Shown piece by piece: positions 34,121 through 37,748 of a DNA stretch of 37,748 bases; the stretch's first letter is position 1; every line of letters begins with the position of its first letter. This stretch comes from Paraglomus brasilianum (Eukaryota), in contig CAJVPI010000269.1 in the NCBI GenBank assembly GCA_910592345.1, forward strand, positions 1 to 37,748, written 5' to 3'. A program made the translations under genes and the position numbers. Under the pieces are notes generated by a model. The model made no database searches. It was not told where the DNA came from and saw nothing but the letters and a program-made list of their open reading frames with translations.

Positions 34121-36529
34121 ATGTCGTGGGCTGTTAATAATCCAGAAATTGGCGACCCCTTGGAAAGTGAACGTGAACTTGAATGGATTCCTCGCTCGCA
34201 AATTACCGGCATAAAGCCAACTCAAATTGACAACGTATATTATGCTGTTTACATGCGTGGCACGATAATACTGGTTTTCCTTGGAAGTAGCGAATGTGCA
34301 CCAACACTTGTGAGTGAGTTTACTAGAATATACTCACTTCCAACACACAAGTACAATAATGATGTCAGTCGATTTAGACGATATGCAAAATGGCTTGACA
34401 TACGCAACGACCTTATAATCGGATTTACCAAGTATGATGATAATTATTACATGGTTGCTGATAGAAAGTTTTACCACTGTTATTTCCGACATGGATTCTG
34501 CTCTGCATGTGAAATACTCCGATGTAGTCCCGTGTGGTGCATTTGCGGGCATAAACAATTAGCCGATGGATGGACTAGCAACAATAAGCAACTCGATGAG
34601 TTTATTAAGAAATCTCAATTACAAACAAACTCACCAAATCATGCCTATTTGGAATGGATTCCATTTGATTGTATTGATGATAGGGGAGATCAGGCATACT
34701 TATATGATCTAACTGCGACATTTGTTAAATTGATACCACTTGAGATAACAGACGAGACACATGATTTATACCATGCCGAGGTAAACTATTTACTTATGCG
34801 TCATGTTTATTGAAGCGTTTAAATAAATATTGACTTATTATTATGTATTGTTTCCATTAGTTATGTGATGGGCATCCAGACATTCTTACCATGGATGTTT
34901 GGATAACTATTGGATTCACGTACAATACAAACGAACAAAAGTATTGTCTAATAAAAGCTGATTATACAAATGGATTATGTCTGGCGTGCACACAAGCATT
35001 TGAATATGAACCCAAGATAAAGGCATTCTGTTATGAATGTAAAGCACCAAGACCACTACATTGGACTACTGGCAACAAGTCTTTGGATTCATTTATTATG
35101 AAATCATGGAGTAATATGACAAGGAGATATGATGCCTATATACATTGGATAGAGTATTCTCTATTGACAAACATACAGGAGATGACACTATTACACCATG
35201 GATGCACACATATTGCAGAATGGTTAGAATTGACAACAAATGAATTGACACATGTGACACTCAAAAAGATTGTTGACAAACAAAATGATCAGTTGTTTGA
35301 TTTTTATCAGGTAAATTATCTTGTGCATAAACGATGTAAATAGTATTATTAGCATGTGTGCGTTTGAATCAGTGTTGTTAACAACTGTATTTGTTTACTC
35401 AAATAGCTAACGAAGGAATACCCAGAGATATTGACACCAGATAATATTTGGATAATTGGTATCACTCAGGAGCCATCTACTCGGGAATATTATTTAGTCT
35501 TCTACCATGAAATACATACAATATTGGACAAATTTATACAACATCACGGAATCATCAAGTACAGGCAGTACAGTGACTTTTACGAACTCAATGAGATCGG
35601 ATCTGGTAGTTATAGAACAGTTTATACTGCTAAATATGGAAAGTATTTAGAAGAGCTCATGCCACAAACCGTTGCACTCAAACGGTTTAAGAATTTTGAT
35701 GGAATGCCGGAATTATTTATTTCCGAGGTAAGCATCGTTGATGTTATTAATTAATTAAAATATATTTAATCTGACTCTGTATTTATTTATTTAACAGTTC
35801 AGAAATCATGCCAAGTGCCTAAAGAGCAGTCATCATTTTCTCAACATTTATGGAGTCACACAACTACCAGAAACAGGAGAGTACATGATTATTATGGAAT
35901 ATGCCAACAATGGTGGTCTATTGTCTTATTTGGATCAAAATATTAACAAATTGACATGGAGGAGGAAATTAAAGCATTTGAGGGATATTGCATTATTTCT
36001 GATCGGTATTCATGACGCGGATTTAGTGCATTGTGATCTTCATGGTGGAAACATAATTTTGAGTGGTAGTCGATCATTCATATGCGATCTTGGTCTCTCA
36101 CGATCAGTGAATTCACGTGAGTCAAATTCAAACATTCAAGGCGTTTTATCTTTTATTGCACCGGAAGTCTTCCATACTCGCAAATTTACGACGAAATCAG
36201 ATGTATATTCTTTTGGTATCATTATGTATTTGATTGCAACTGGTGAACCACCTTTCAGAGGTAGGCAGTTCGATAGAGATTTATTATGCGACATTATGGG
36301 CGGACTACAGCCATCGATGCCTGATTCCGCACCAGAGGAATACAAGAAACTTGCCGAGCAGTGTTGTGATACTGATCCTGATAAGCGTCCAGATGCACAG
36401 AGAATTTGGAATATTATTTGCGCGATTACTGAAAAGATGGAAAACGATAATTCTGACAGCAAGATATGGAATACTATCTATCATAATGGTGTAAAACCCT
36501 TACCATGTCTCGAGAAGGAGAGTAAATGA
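34121..36529 (+). CDS. TKL-family protein kinase with repeated N-terminal WTS(G)N/LEWIP modules, 4 exons
   Basis: Exons 34121-34780, 34861-35310, 35407-35727, 35798-36529 join in frame. Kinase motifs: IGSGSYRTVY, VALKRF, IIMEYANNGGL, VHCDLHGGNI, ICDLG, FIAPE, KSDVYSFGIIMY, CCDTDPDKRP. Confidence 0.92.
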
Positions 36530-36699
36530 GTAAATATTTTAGTATGCTCTCACCGTAATGACGGTTACGAAGACAACAATTGGTTCTGTTTATATAAATG
36601 AAGTCAATCTATAATATTAGCATCATCCATCGCTTATGGTTTATATGACTCAAACACTCTTTGAATAAACTTGTAATTCATGGGTTGTTCAAGGGTTTA

Positions 36700-36885
36700 C
36701 ACAGTGAAAGTCGATATAACGGACTAGTCGGTTCCATTAATAAAAATTTTCAAAAATCCGTTATAACGAAGAAATTCGGTATAGCGGATAAAATACTATA
36801 ACCCGTTCTCAACGTCAATCCGGTATATTGAGATTTTACTTAGTGTCCGTTATATCGAGAGTCCGTTATATCGACTTTGACTGTG
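36700..36885. mobile_element. 186-bp Tc1/mariner(pogo)-type MITE, TA target duplication
   Basis: TA|CACAGTGAAAGTCGATATAACGGACT ... AGTCCGTTATATCGACTTTGACTGTG|TA is a 25/26 inverted match; subterminal TCCGTTATA repeats. Confidence 0.9.
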
Positions 36886-37673
36886 TACTCCCTTCCAATT
36901 AAATAGGGATAGGCTAAAGCGAGTAGTTTATGTCACGCAAGTGTCACAAATGAAAAACCTATTTACCTGTTCTTCATTAAATAAGGAATGACTCTCTTCT
37001 TTACAATTCTCCAAACGTATCCATCAGTTTATGTATTACTTCCTCTATTTGCCCCCCGCAAGTACAGTGACTTGCTCATGTCGTTCATCCGCTTTCTTGA
37101 ACATAAGCTGAAACGTTTAATACTGTGTTAACTACTACCACCAATTCTTTGATTTTTATTACTATTATTACAGTTGTTATTTATATTGTTTTTGTGTTCT
37201 TTATATTTTTCTGTATGAGCTGTATGTATTACCATAATAAATTTTTTCAGACTAACAACGCAAGTAAACTTGGCATCCAAAACTTATAGCTCAAGCGGAT
37301 GGAAAGTTAAAATTACACACAGAAGTATTGCCGTCCGTACAAGAGTCAAACAGAGTGCTCCATCAAAACTATCGCCGGAAGCTGAGACAGACGAATGGAA
37401 TCAGTGAACCTTGGGGTATTTGTACCAAATTGTCTGCGTATAGTCTTTGAACTACAATACCACTGAAAGAGACCACTCACGTTGTCTCCAATTAAGCATA
37501 TACTACAAAAAAGAAAATTTTACTCAACGATGCTCTTTTAATTTGGTAAGGGTCCTGAATAATAGCAGCAACAAACTTAATACCTCCTAGAAAGATAACT
37601 GAAAATGTCAAAATGCAGTACATTTTTTTTCCATTCAATGTTCGAAGTATAGGCGACTTCTTTCTTGTATAAA

Positions 37674-37748
37674 CTAGTGTAGTATTGAAGTCCGGTCAAC
37701 TGCGTTGACCGGGCAGTCACTATAATAGAGTACAGTTGATATGTTAAG
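37674..37748 (-). mobile_element. Probable Helitron 3' terminus (element extends beyond the right edge)
   Basis: Minus strand reads CCGGTCAAC-GCA-GTTGACCGG (9-bp hairpin, 37692-37712), a 14-nt spacer, then CTAG|T. Confidence 0.55.

Overview
AT-rich eukaryotic DNA with short GT-AG introns. Gene content points to an early-diverging fungus, probably Glomeromycota (inference from the WTSGN/LEWIP-type tyrosine-kinase-like genes, the BTB-TLDc gene and a retained AP-4). Left to right: (1) the 5' end of a TKL kinase paralog running off the left edge; (2) transposon relics and MITEs; (3) a tandem cluster of four intact, 4-exon, 114-127 aa two-repeat Myb genes that the ORF track almost misses, with an inverted Myb pseudo-exon and a DEAH-helicase pseudogene fragment inside the cluster; (4) a compact pair of conserved genes, a TTC1-like TPR protein and the AP-4 beta adaptin; (5) a minus-strand kinase fused to 21 near-identical 84-bp LRR units whose variation is concentrated at a few concave-face codons; (6) a BTB-BACK-TLDc gene; (7) a TKL kinase with repeated N-terminal modules; (8) further MITEs and a probable Helitron 3' end. 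The best candidates for an undescribed system are the kinase with the hypervariable LRR array (immune-receptor-like) and the mosaic mini-Myb cluster. All gene models were spliced and translated by eye; no database searches were run.
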